DNA of 38,533 nt, from positions 1 to 38,533 of the IMG/VR virus record IMGVR_UViG_3300034410_000409; one strand, given 5' to 3'. Origin of the DNA: a virus. Lineage: Duplodnaviria > Caudoviricetes. Below, piece after piece: positions 25,587-34,613 of the stretch; the first letter of the stretch is position 1, and each line of letters begins with the position of its first letter. The translations under genes and the position numbers were made by a program. The notes beneath the pieces were generated by a model that saw only the letters and a list, made by a program, of their open reading frames with translations, was not told where the DNA came from and did no database searches.

Positions 25587-26483
25587 ATGGCTAATACATA
25601 CAGAGCATTTCTTACTAAAATGGGCGGGACAGATCCTGCTGACTATATCGGCAAAGCTGGCGAAATCTTTTGGAACCCTACTACAGGAGCTTTAAGATTA
25701 TCTGACGGTGTAACACCGGGCGGACAAGATATTGCTGGTGGCGGAGGAGTTAGCGGTGAAGTTAATCAAAACGCGTTTACCACCGTATCAGTAAGCGGGC
25801 AAAATGACGTTGAAGCAGACGCTAAGACAGATACTCTCACGTTTGTTGCTGGAAATAACGTAACCCTTACAACAGACGCTAACTCAGATAGTATTACGAT
25901 CGCCGCTTCAGGAGGCGGTGGTGGCGGAGGCGATGCTAACCAAAACGCGTTTAGTAACATAGCAGTTGCAGGTCAAACTACTGTTGCAGCAGACACAACT
26001 ACAGATACTCTTAACATTGCTGCAGGTGACAATATAACCATTACAACAGACGATGGCACAGATACTGTTACGATAAGTGGTGATGAAGGATTAGCAACAA
26101 GAAACGATACAACTACAGAAACTTCAAGTTCCTTGGCTGATGCAGCAACAGATTCGAGTATAGACATAACAGGATTTAAGAGTTATGGATTATATTCAAT
26201 AACAGCAAATAACGCTTGTTGGATAAGAGTTTATGATTCAAACGCAAGTAGAACTGCTGACATTAACGCGGGTAGAACACAAGGTGTTGATCCTGCTCCT
26301 AATGCTGGTGTTATTGCCGAAGCAGTATTTACTCAAAGCGGAACAGTTAAGTTCACTCCTGGCGTTTTTGGATTCAATGATGAAAGCACACCAACAACAA
26401 ATATCCCAGTTGCGGTTACTAACAATAGTGGCGGAACAACCACAATAGATATTACTTTAAGACTTATACAACTCGAGGGATAA
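25587..26483 (+). CDS. Fibre-like virion protein with an Mtd-N-like domain and an internal repeat
   Basis: N-terminus shared with 12969-13514; two NQNAF...GQ...AD...DTL...AG.N.T.TTD repeats joined by a poly-Gly linker; TATAAATA at 25534-25541. Confidence 0.65.
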   Translation: MANTYRAFLTKMGGTDPADYIGKAGEIFWNPTTGALRLSDGVTPGGQDIAGGGGVSGEVNQNAFTTVSVSGQNDVEADAKTDTLTFVAGNNVTLTTDANSDSITIAASGGGGGGGDANQNAFSNIAVAGQTTVAADTTTDTLNIAAGDNITITTDDGTDTVTISGDEGLATRNDTTTETSSSLADAATDSSIDITGFKSYGLYSITANNACWIRVYDSNASRTADINAGRTQGVDPAPNAGVIAEAVFTQSGTVKFTPGVFGFNDESTPTTNIPVAVTNNSGGTTTIDITLRLIQLEG

Positions 26484-26486
26484 CAC

Positions 26487-28541
26487 ATGATCGTTGTTGA
26501 TATTACGTTAGTTCCTGGAACAGATCAAAGCGAGTTTGTTGAATCTTTTGCTGATAATGATTCAGTAGAACTAGTAGATCTTCTTGAATTTCTTCCTAAT
26601 CTGTTGCTTCTAAAAATTGAAGAATCTTATATAGATACATTTGCCGCTGATTCTAGAGTTTTATCTGTTGATATAGATGAACCGGCAGAACCATCATCTA
26701 TAGGATATTCATTACCTGCCTCAGCAACTCAAGACGGCGATGCCACGGCGGAAGCTCCTCTTACTGTTTTAGATAACAATAATGCACCTGGCGCAGATTA
26801 CATGCCTCTTGCTTTATATGCTGATACTGACGTCATGCCTGAGCCCGAATCGCAAGTAGGTAATACTGATACTAACCCTGATGGAGATGACGCAGACATT
26901 CTTGAAAACGTTGAATATACTTCTATGTTCTTCGGTGAAAATGTTGATATAGTTAGTTTAGAGGCTGGTGGCAATTTTATCGGAACTCAAATTACTGACT
27001 GGGATCAATATCATACCGATCCACATCCTGATTTTGCTGACCCTGATAATACTTCAGTATCAAGATGGGTTCCTACAACTTGGCCTAATACTACTGACCA
27101 ATCATTTGATCCTAATGATCAAACAGCTTCTATAGGTGGCGGAACATTTGGGGAATCTAATTGGTTTAGTGCTCACTCCATTGGCTCATTAAGTGTAGCT
27201 GGCGGCGCTATTGCAGGATTTGCTAAAAAAGCAAACTTACATCATATCTTTGAATGGTCAAATACTCAGGCTGGTACTGGAAGTAATGCAATACAATGTA
27301 TAAACAATGTCGTTAGTTGGCATAACGCTAAAGCAAATAATCCAGCAACTGGCGTTCCTAACCCAACAGTAATGATAATGCCTATTCAGTTTACTATTAA
27401 TAAAGAATGGATTTGTCCTGTTGACCGCATTGAATCAGTAACTCACGATGGTGTAACATCAAATCGTCCTGAAGGCGGGTGGGGAAATGATTTAACACCT
27501 TTTACTGATAAGAATATTACACCCTTTAGATTAGATTTAGATGAAATAGGTAATGAAGGGATTAACGCACCCTGGGTTTGGGCAGTAACTTGGAGCAGGG
27601 AAGAGAATACATCATTTAAAAACGCAATCGAAGCTGCATGGGATGCTGGAATTGTTGTATTAGCGTGTGCAGGAAATACTGGATGCACATATGTTAAACG
27701 AGACGACCCGGCACATGATAATTCAACAATGCATATAGAGCACGGCGAAAGATATTTCAGAATGAATTACGCTAGCAGCGATAATGACCTCCAGTACTAT
27801 TCAGAATTTATTGCTGGCCAGTTTGAGCCTGAAGGAACAGGATTAACGGTTTACCCGTTCAGATCTTTTGGCCCGCACGGGTGTTCACGAGATAAATCTA
27901 TAGATGTTGGCGCAGTTCAAAACTCTATGAAAAACCCTATAATTGAGTATGCTAGTTCTCGCGGCCCTGGTGTAGATATAATGGGCAGAGGAAACGACAC
28001 GTATTCAGCATATCCAAGCGGGAGAAACTTTGCTGATGGTGAGTGGGGATACTTCACCGGAACTTCAGCCGCTACTGCTTCTATTGCTGGAGTGGCAGCA
28101 TGCGAGATGTCAAAATATTATTACAACACTGGGCGATGGCCAACTCCTAATCAGGTTAAAGAAATTATAGTGAATCAATCAAAAGATAACCCGATTAAAG
28201 AACTTGAAGGCGGCTCAATTTTTCCAGGAGTTACAGCAACGGGTATCGATCTTACTGGTAAAAGCTTTTCTGATATGCCGCCTGCTGAAGGCGGTACTGG
28301 TTGGTTTACAAATTCGCACCATTATTACAGGCTCGAAATGGATTTTTATAATGATGTTGAAAGAAATTTATTACAATCTCACAGAAACCGATACTATGGC
28401 AGACATAATTCAGTAGATCTTATGGGTACGACCGCGAAGATAGGGTTCTTTAATGCAAAGGGATTTGATAGAGCTCAGAGTCAAGGTAGAAGACCTAGGG
28501 AAGGTGGTATATATCCTCGTCCTAAAATACGAAGATCTTAA
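26487..28541 (+). CDS. S8 subtilisin-like peptidase (divergent), probably virion-associated
   Basis: ACAGN oxyanion motif, SSRGPGVDI, FTGTSAA nucleophile motif and AHSIG His motif. Confidence 0.75.
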   Translation: MIVVDITLVPGTDQSEFVESFADNDSVELVDLLEFLPNLLLLKIEESYIDTFAADSRVLSVDIDEPAEPSSIGYSLPASATQDGDATAEAPLTVLDNNNAPGADYMPLALYADTDVMPEPESQVGNTDTNPDGDDADILENVEYTSMFFGENVDIVSLEAGGNFIGTQITDWDQYHTDPHPDFADPDNTSVSRWVPTTWPNTTDQSFDPNDQTASIGGGTFGESNWFSAHSIGSLSVAGGAIAGFAKKANLHHIFEWSNTQAGTGSNAIQCINNVVSWHNAKANNPATGVPNPTVMIMPIQFTINKEWICPVDRIESVTHDGVTSNRPEGGWGNDLTPFTDKNITPFRLDLDEIGNEGINAPWVWAVTWSREENTSFKNAIEAAWDAGIVVLACAGNTGCTYVKRDDPAHDNSTMHIEHGERYFRMNYASSDNDLQYYSEFIAGQFEPEGTGLTVYPFRSFGPHGCSRDKSIDVGAVQNSMKNPIIEYASSRGPGVDIMGRGNDTYSAYPSGRNFADGEWGYFTGTSAATASIAGVAACEMSKYYYNTGRWPTPNQVKEIIVNQSKDNPIKELEGGSIFPGVTATGIDLTGKSFSDMPPAEGGTGWFTNSHHYYRLEMDFYNDVERNLLQSHRNRYYGRHNSVDLMGTTAKIGFFNAKGFDRAQSQGRRPREGGIYPRPKIRRS

Positions 28542-28687
28542 ACATACGTTACTGAATGAACTGCAATAAAAATACTAATAAAATATAAGAATAACGAGAC
28601 CATTACAAAAGCACCTACTAAGTAAGTAATAGTTTTAAGATTTGTAATGACCAAATATATTATTAAGCCTAGTAGTAAAATTTCCAT
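28538..28687 (-). CDS. Small hydrophobic protein (49 aa)
   Basis: MEILLLGLIIYLVITNLK...; promoter TTGACA-N17-TATAAT at 28714-28742. Confidence 0.55.
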   Translation of the reverse strand: MEILLLGLIIYLVITNLKTITYLVGAFVMVSLFLYFISIFIAVHSVTYV

Positions 28688-28782
28688 TCATATTTCCACA
28701 ATAGTTTAACTATATTATAACATGCTTGTCTACTAGTGTCAACTGGTATAAATAGATATAGCAACACAATAACTATGATCAT

Positions 28783-29328
28783 ATGAAATATTTTATACCA
28801 TTATATTCACTAATGCTACTTTTGGTTATGTCTTCCTGCACCATAGGAGACATGTTCAAACCAGAACCGCTAGCCCCTCAAAAAACAACACTAACACACA
28901 AAGCCTATTACTATTATGGCATGGACGAAGCGCGTCATCGTGATCTTATTAAAGAGATTATGGGGGTGGATCCAGTCACTACCGAATGGTGTGCGGCATT
29001 TGTTAATATGGTACTATTAGAAAATAAACTACCTACATCAGAATCAGTATCTGAGCATTATCTTTTGGCAAAAAGTTTTTTAGAGTATGGAGAAGAAGTG
29101 GTTGAGCCACAACAAGGCGATATCATGATATTTGAAAGAGGTAATGAAGGGTGGCAAGGCCATGTTGGATTTTACGTAAGTACCACCGTGTTAGATAATG
29201 GATCTAAATTATATAACATTCTTGGTGGTAATCAAAACGATTCAGTAAATGTAAAAGCTTATTCGGGTTCAAGACTGATAGGAATTAGAAGAGTTGTGGA
29301 AGAAGTCGCCGTCCTTGGCGAAGAGTAA
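28783..29328 (+). CDS. NlpC/P60-like (TIGR02594-type) peptidoglycan hydrolase with a lipoprotein-like signal
   Basis: WCAAFVN, GHVGFY and LGGNQ; N-terminal hydrophobic stretch plus VMSSC; TATAAATA at 28747-28754. Confidence 0.8.
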   Translation: MKYFIPLYSLMLLLVMSSCTIGDMFKPEPLAPQKTTLTHKAYYYYGMDEARHRDLIKEIMGVDPVTTEWCAAFVNMVLLENKLPTSESVSEHYLLAKSFLEYGEEVVEPQQGDIMIFERGNEGWQGHVGFYVSTTVLDNGSKLYNILGGNQNDSVNVKAYSGSRLIGIRRVVEEVAVLGEE

Positions 29329-29330
29329 TA

Positions 29331-29531
29331 TTACTCAGTTGTTCCCTCGGGATCGGTCTTTTCGGCTGTATCTCTGATAACACCACTTACGCTATCGAGA
29401 GTACCAGCAGTAATACCTACAACATCATCTTTAACTCCTTGCACAATGTCTGTAACACCATTATACGTAGAGTCTATCGTATTACAACCAGATAATACTA
29501 CTAGTACCGAAATTAAAAATAAAGATTTCAT
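29331..29531 (-). CDS. Small lipoprotein (entericidin-like)
   Basis: Lipobox LSGC followed by NT...G..D amphipathic helix; AAGGAG RBS. Confidence 0.7.
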   Translation of the reverse strand: MKSLFLISVLVVLSGCNTIDSTYNGVTDIVQGVKDDVVGITAGTLDSVSGVIRDTAEKTDPEGTTE

Positions 29532-29698
29532 AATCTTCTCCTTAATATACGGGTTTTCTGCTCTTTCGAGCTCGTTAAGTCACTAGTGATAATATACTGT
29601 ATCATCTCCGACTCGGCTAACCCTATGTCAGCCAATTCTATTTATCTCCTGGGCACCATCTAGTCAGTTATTTAATGAGGGGAATAGAACCCTACGTT

Positions 29699-29783
29699 TG
29701 GTACTCTCGACCGGACTCGAACCGGTAAGCTGTTAGGCGACAGATTTTAAGTCTGTTGTGTATACCAATTCCACCACGAGAGC
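29699..29783 (-). tRNA. tRNA-Leu (TAA)
   Basis: GCTCTCG acceptor stem, TGG D-loop, ACAGA-CTTAAAA-TCTGT anticodon arm, variable arm, GGTTCGAGTCC and encoded CCA. Confidence 0.95.
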
Positions 29784-30154
29784 TAAGACTTTTCTTTATA
29801 GTCTTTTATTGCAGCTTTAATTGCATCTTCCGCCAAAACAGAGCAGTGTATTTTAACGGGTGGTAGAGCTAATTCATTTGCAAGATCTGTATTTTTAATT
29901 GCACCAGCTTCTTCTAACGTTTGTCCCTTTACCCACTCAGTAAGCAAAGAGCTTGAAGCAATGGCAGATCCACATCCATAAGTTTTAAATTTAGCATCTT
30001 CGATAACACCATCTTTTACTTTAATTTGTAAACGCATTACGTCTCCGCATGCTGGTGCTCCAACCATACCTGTTCCAATATTATCAGCAGGATCCCATTT
30101 ACCAACATTCCTAGGATTCTCGTAATGATCAATTACTTTTTCGGAGTAAGCCAT
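29783..30154 (-). CDS. iscU: Fe-S cluster scaffold IscU
   Basis: MAYSEKVIDHYENPRNVG, APACGD, GCGSAIASSS and LPPVKIHCS; TATAAATA at 30187-30194. Confidence 0.96.
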   Translation of the reverse strand: MAYSEKVIDHYENPRNVGKWDPADNIGTGMVGAPACGDVMRLQIKVKDGVIEDAKFKTYGCGSAIASSSLLTEWVKGQTLEEAGAIKNTDLANELALPPVKIHCSVLAEDAIKAAIKDYKEKS

Positions 30155-30196
30155 CTTACTCTCCTCTAGTCAGTTATCTCAAATAATATTTATAGT

Positions 30197-30508
30197 CTAA
30201 ACGACCAAGTATGTAACTAAATTTTTAACAAGAAACATTAATCCCACTCCGTTGAGTAGAATCAGTGCACGGTCTTTCCATAGGAAGGATACTACTAACC
30301 AAAGTGCGATTCCAATCACGGAGAGTGATAAATCTATAACTTCCATACCCACAACGCCACGAATAGACATAGCTGATAAAACAAAAAGCGATGCAATCCA
30401 TTTAAGATACCAATCAAAGGTATACTTTGGCGTTGCTGATTTAAAAATCCTTTTGCTTCTTTCCAATTCTTCCTTAGTAAATTCACGTACTCGTGCACGC
30501 ATTTTCAT
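30197..30508 (-). CDS. Multi-TM membrane protein
   Basis: WYLKWIAS, three TM segments, W.DRALI.LN. Confidence 0.7.
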   Translation of the reverse strand: MKMRARVREFTKEELERSKRIFKSATPKYTFDWYLKWIASLFVLSAMSIRGVVGMEVIDLSLSVIGIALWLVVSFLWKDRALILLNGVGLMFLVKNLVTYLVV

Positions 30509-30517
30509 ATTCCTTCC

Positions 30518-30784
30518 TTACAGGATAATCCCCGATGTGGCTGTTTGCCACGCTTTGACAATTTCTTCATTGCATTCAGTAACAAATACTGCTGACAAAA
30601 TAGTTACTTCCTTAGGATCAGGATTACCGGTCATTGCAATACCTTGTGCAAATCCCATACCTTCCTCATTGTAAGTAATCAACCTTGGCTTTTCAAGTAC
30701 AATACCTGTCTCGTCAATTTTAACCATTCTACCAACGTATTCACCGGTAGCTGCTACAACTGTTACAACATCTTTATCTTTCAT
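30518..30784 (-). CDS. Sm-like fold hypothetical protein
   Basis: VVTVV..TGEYVGR...IVLEKP pattern and SGII C-terminus. Confidence 0.5.
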   Translation of the reverse strand: MKDKDVVTVVAATGEYVGRMVKIDETGIVLEKPRLITYNEEGMGFAQGIAMTGNPDPKEVTILSAVFVTECNEEIVKAWQTATSGIIL

Positions 30785-30793
30785 ATTTTTCCT

Positions 30794-31084
30794 CTAATTA
30801 AATTCATTGGGTAGAACACCAGTTATTGTATACATCTTTTTGAGTAATACCATTACTGCGTCTTGAGTTAAGAACCCAGCAATAGTATCATTCTCATTTG
30901 TAATACCTGGTAGTTCTACCATGTCTTCACCTTTAAAAACACCTATTTCATATAAGCCTTGTTTGTTTCCGTATGACATCGGGTTTTGAATAACACTCAC
31001 GTCATAGTCACCGAAGGATAACATTGCATTTATTCCATAGGGAAAGTCGTCTAACTTATCAAACTTTATATCTTTAAAATTCAT
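30794..31084 (-). CDS. Hypothetical phage protein
   Basis: SYG..QGLYEI motif. Confidence 0.7.
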   Translation of the reverse strand: MNFKDIKFDKLDDFPYGINAMLSFGDYDVSVIQNPMSYGNKQGLYEIGVFKGEDMVELPGITNENDTIAGFLTQDAVMVLLKKMYTITGVLPNEFN

Positions 31085-31091
31085 AATTTAT

Positions 31092-31241
31092 TTACCGACG
31101 TTTACTTTTCTTTGCTTCTAATCGTTTGCGTTTTGCAATTGTATGCTTCATTGGACCAGCGTTTAATTCTGCTGTATGCTCCTTTGAAGCTGCAACTACT
31201 CGTGCTATAATTTCATCACGTTCTTTTTTTGTTTGTTGCAT
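31092..31241 (-). CDS. Small basic protein (49 aa)
   Basis: MQQTKKERDEIIARVVAASK...; AAGGA RBS. Confidence 0.55.
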   Translation of the reverse strand: MQQTKKERDEIIARVVAASKEHTAELNAGPMKHTIAKRKRLEAKKSKRR

Positions 31242-31431
31242 TACGGATCCTTTCTACTTTGTGAGCAATATACTCTTCTTCATCTGCAAAGAAATTATGC
31301 AGAGCTCTTAAGAATTTCATTTGAAGTAGTTTAAGATGGCGGCCTCGTGGTAACATCCATCCGACAAAAGCCGCTACTAAAACTACATATGCACTCACTA
31401 GTAATGCACCAAAATATTCAATAATACCCAT
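31216..31431 (-). CDS. Small membrane protein
   Basis: N-terminal TM segment; AAGGA RBS. Confidence 0.6.
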   Translation of the reverse strand: MGIIEYFGALLVSAYVVLVAAFVGWMLPRGRHLKLLQMKFLRALHNFFADEEEYIAHKVERIRNATNKKRT

Positions 31432-31468
31432 AACGTTTTCCTTTCTATTACGGTGTTAGTGAAATTGT

Positions 31469-31545
31469 TGGCGCGCCCGAGAGGATTCGAACCTCTGACC
31501 TACGGTTTAGAAGACCGTTGCTCTATCCAGCTGAGCTACGGGCGC
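31469..31545 (-). tRNA. tRNA-Arg (TCT)
   Basis: GCGCCCG acceptor stem, ACGGT-CTTCTAA-ACCGT anticodon arm, GGTTCGAATCC and encoded CCA. Confidence 0.96.
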
Positions 31546-31658
31546 TTAATGGATTCAATCCAACCTTGATCAATTGTGTGCTGCATTATCGCTTGTGGCA
31601 ATAAAGACAAAGCAATCCAACAAGGCCAGAATACTAGATTAGCTATTAGTATATCCAT
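31536..31658 (-). CDS. Small hydrophobic protein (40 aa) ending inside tRNA-Arg
   Basis: MDILIANLVFWPCWIALSLLPQAIMQHTIDQGWIESIKRP. Confidence 0.45.
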   Translation of the reverse strand: MDILIANLVFWPCWIALSLLPQAIMQHTIDQGWIESIKRP

Positions 31659-31664
31659 TATATT

Positions 31665-31871
31665 TTAACTCTTTTTACTTCCAAATACTGAGCGGGTAAG
31701 TCCACCAAACACATATGAGAAATAGATAAAGAATGGAACGGCAATCATAGCGAAAACATTATCTCTTGATAAGCCAACCATTTCACCTAGTTCATATACG
31801 CCGAGGATAGAACCAACTACCACGATAATAAAACCAGCACCATAAGCGAAGTCTTTCATTTTTTCTAACAT
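31665..31871 (-). CDS. Two-TM membrane protein
   Basis: Hydrophobic segments; AAGGA RBS. Confidence 0.7.
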   Translation of the reverse strand: MLEKMKDFAYGAGFIIVVVGSILGVYELGEMVGLSRDNVFAMIAVPFFIYFSYVFGGLTRSVFGSKKS

Positions 31872-31908
31872 AACAATATCCTTTAGTAAGTCAATTTATA
31901 TTTCTATT

Positions 31909-32301
31909 TTAAGCTGCATCCCAGAGAATGTCAACATATTTTTTCACCAATTCATAACTATTTTGATTGGCTTCAAGCTCCCACCAACGCTCCTGGTATA
32001 CTGGTCTGTGTCTTTTGCACAAACTCTTATTAAGGTTATCCTTCATAAACTGTTTTACATGAATCATCTCATGAGCAATTGTATCGTATATCTCAGTAAT
32101 ATTCCTATCACTCTTTGAAACCATAATTAAGTATTCATCTTTACAATTTACTTCATAACAAAGACCGGTTGCTCCATCTAAAAATGAAGATTCCCATCCT
32201 TCAACCGATATTAAGCTCGGAAATACATTCAATTCATCACAACAAAAGTTAACAAAGTTTGTCGTTAATGTAATATCCAGATCTGATACTTCAACCCTCA
32301 T
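31909..32301 (-). CDS. HExxH zinc metallopeptidase-like protein (paralog of 17319-17747)
   Basis: AHEMIHVKQ and WWELEA. Confidence 0.7.
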   Translation of the reverse strand: MRVEVSDLDITLTTNFVNFCCDELNVFPSLISVEGWESSFLDGATGLCYEVNCKDEYLIMVSKSDRNITEIYDTIAHEMIHVKQFMKDNLNKSLCKRHRPVYQERWWELEANQNSYELVKKYVDILWDAA

Positions 32302-32465
32302 TTCTTGCGCCTTGAACTGAGGGTTCTTTCAACCCAAACCTCAAGGCAATGGTCTGGGCTATTAGGATAGAACAAATTAATAGCCCAAGCAACGTTCAAT
32401 TTTTTATCTCTTCGACGTTGGTGCTGATTGTAAGCAAAGATATACATCTTATACTTTAGATTCAT
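32298..32465 (-). CDS. Small hypothetical protein (55 aa)
   Basis: MNLKYKMYIFAYNQHQRRRDKKLN...DHCLEVWV; ATGA coupling to the next gene. Confidence 0.6.
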   Translation of the reverse strand: MNLKYKMYIFAYNQHQRRRDKKLNVAWAINLFYPNSPDHCLEVWVERTLSSRRKK

Positions 32466-32466
32466 G

Positions 32467-33819
32467 TTAAATTCCTTTTAGATCTAATACGAATTGGTTG
32501 GTTGGGGTTTCCTTACTCCAGAAACTTAGCTCTGTGTGAGCAGTTTTAATTTCCCTTAGTAGTTCCTTTACCATTTCATCTGTAAGACTCATGATGTTGA
32601 TACGCAGTAAACGATCAGTATCAGAGTCAATAGCATCAGTATTCTCAAGGATTTGATTACTAACATCAGCCTTCTTACGATTCTTGAATATAATCTTATC
32701 ATCAAGTACCGATTGAATGAATTGCATCTTAATGTTTAACCAACGCTCCAGTTCTGAGGCCTCAGTCTTACGAAGTTCGATTCGCTTATGTAGTATCCCA
32801 AGGCGATAATCACAGAAGTGTTTAACCAGATCTCGTTCATCTTCATATTCACGAAGCTTACCGTCGTAATCAATAACAGTAATATTTTCTGAAGCAGGCT
32901 TACTGAGTTTAAACTTACGAATGATTTTTTCATCATTCCAATTAGCGGAAGTATTTTGCTTAAGCTTGACTTCAAAGGAGAAACCAGTCTTATCACAAAG
33001 ATCTTCATAGGATACTATATCACCTTCGTCTTCAAGCTTATCTAGAATCTTTACATAAGACTCTCGATCAAAACCGTACGGTACTTCAGTAATCTCCATC
33101 ACTGTCTTTGATTTCTTTTCATAGACACCTAGGATATTATAACGTTCTTGTGCAGTATCCCACACGACCTTGCCTTTAAAGTCTGGGAAGGATATTGGAA
33201 TACGATTCTTAATATCACCGGTAGTAATATATTCAGTCACTGCTTTTGAGAGACCTTCTTTACTTCGCGGTAGGATGTTTGTAGCAAACCCTGTTGCAAT
33301 ACCTTTAGTACCATTAGCCAACACTAACGGGATTACAGGTACATAGAACGAAGGTGGTTCATGTTCCGGATCCTCATGGGCGGGAGCAAGGTCAATGTCG
33401 CGTATGTACTTCTCAAAGTTTTCACTCAACCGAGTATATACATATCGTGGAGCACCTGCTTCTTGGATAAGTCGAGTACCAAATGATCCTCGGCCTTCGA
33501 CTAAGCAGATATTGTTGTTCCACGTCGCGGCCATCAATTGACCTGCTCCCGCTGCACTTGCCTCACCATGGTTATACCCATAGTCACTAATGATACCAGC
33601 CACGGCAGAAACTTTCTTGAAGTCTCTCTTCGAGTTGATAAGTGACGAGTACAAGTAGAATCTTTGAACCGGCTTTAATCCATCGATCATATTGGGAATC
33701 GCTCGGGATTCCACAGTATACATTGCGAAAGATTTCCACTCGTTAGAAGCTACTTGACTTATAGGGTATTCACCCAGTGAGGTCTTATTGTCTTCAGTAA
33801 TAAATTGATCTAAGCTCAT
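32467..33819 (-). CDS. 52: Type II DNA topoisomerase, gp52 (GyrA-like) subunit
   Basis: RAIPNMIDGLKPVQR, YNHGE, APRY catalytic Tyr and GIATGFAT. Confidence 0.95.
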   Translation of the reverse strand: MSLDQFITEDNKTSLGEYPISQVASNEWKSFAMYTVESRAIPNMIDGLKPVQRFYLYSSLINSKRDFKKVSAVAGIISDYGYNHGEASAAGAGQLMAATWNNNICLVEGRGSFGTRLIQEAGAPRYVYTRLSENFEKYIRDIDLAPAHEDPEHEPPSFYVPVIPLVLANGTKGIATGFATNILPRSKEGLSKAVTEYITTGDIKNRIPISFPDFKGKVVWDTAQERYNILGVYEKKSKTVMEITEVPYGFDRESYVKILDKLEDEGDIVSYEDLCDKTGFSFEVKLKQNTSANWNDEKIIRKFKLSKPASENITVIDYDGKLREYEDERDLVKHFCDYRLGILHKRIELRKTEASELERWLNIKMQFIQSVLDDKIIFKNRKKADVSNQILENTDAIDSDTDRLLRINIMSLTDEMVKELLREIKTAHTELSFWSKETPTNQFVLDLKGI

Positions 33820-33850
33820 TTTATAAGTGATTCCTTTAATTTATAGTACC

Positions 33851-33879
33851 ATTATACCATGCATTTTGCCGAATGTCAA
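33851..33879 (-). promoter_or_regulatory. Early promoter for gene 52
   Basis: TTGACA-N17-TATAAT. Confidence 0.85.
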
Positions 33880-34383
33880 CTAAATAAAGCTCTCAAGCAA
33901 AACTTTTTCTACCTTTTTACGGTATTTACAGCCAATATAATTGGTTTGGAAGTATTCTCCGTTATCAGGAATGTCATATGCTACCTGTAAGGATACACCC
34001 ATTTGATCTGATAGCTTATTTTCCTGAGTAGTGGCTAGGACCACACGGTCGTTATCATGGATAAATTTCCACCACTGATTCATATCTTCCCATTCTCTTT
34101 CGAATAAAAAGTCTAGCCATATAGCTCTTTGTTTGATGTGAGCTCTTTCGACTGCAACTGGATCTTTACGAGTTGGAATCCTATCAAAGTCAACAGCCTT
34201 AAAAGCATCAAGAGCATCTTGGGTAATACCCACAACTCTCCATGTGTTATCAAAGAACCAGCCTTGAGTAGACGAGAAGGCACGAATACCATATTGTCTA
34301 CGCTCAGCCATTTCCTCATCTAATATGGGAGCTTGGAAAGCTTTGAATATATCAAAGTAATATTTCAGTTCTTTCTCATTCAT
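33880..34383 (-). CDS. Hypothetical protein, possible His-Me finger nuclease
   Basis: ERAHI...NDRVVLATTQEN; GAGG RBS. Confidence 0.5.
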   Translation of the reverse strand: MNEKELKYYFDIFKAFQAPILDEEMAERRQYGIRAFSSTQGWFFDNTWRVVGITQDALDAFKAVDFDRIPTRKDPVAVERAHIKQRAIWLDFLFEREWEDMNQWWKFIHDNDRVVLATTQENKLSDQMGVSLQVAYDIPDNGEYFQTNYIGCKYRKKVEKVLLESFI

Positions 34384-34398
34384 AACGAAAGCCTCTAT

Positions 34399-34602
34399 TT
34401 AAAAGTATTTGTTAATTACTTCCAATTGTTCTTCATATTCTGCAATGATTTTAAGTTCAGCTTCAATAGCTTCCATTACATCTGGGTGTTCACCAATACC
34501 AGCTGGGTTAGTGAGGTATACTTCCACATTCATCTTATGCTTATTGATCTTACCAACAGCATGAGACTTCAGTGATTCTAAAATTTGTTCTCTAATTTCC
34601 AT
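34399..34602 (-). CDS. Small conserved-type phage protein
   Basis: NVEVYL.NPAGIGEHPD motif; AGGAG RBS. Confidence 0.75.
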   Translation of the reverse strand: MEIREQILESLKSHAVGKINKHKMNVEVYLTNPAGIGEHPDVMEAIEAELKIIAEYEEQLEVINKYF

Positions 34603-34613
34603 TTTGTTTCTCC

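Noticed and set aside
25760-26075. CRISPR-like or DGR-like repeat
   Set aside because: This is a two-copy in-frame protein repeat with no spacers, no adenine-specific variation and no reverse transcriptase in the window.
29647-29698. Theta (HDV-like) ribozyme in the tRNA-Leu trailer
   Set aside because: The nested double pseudoknot could not be built, and the tRNA already encodes CCA.
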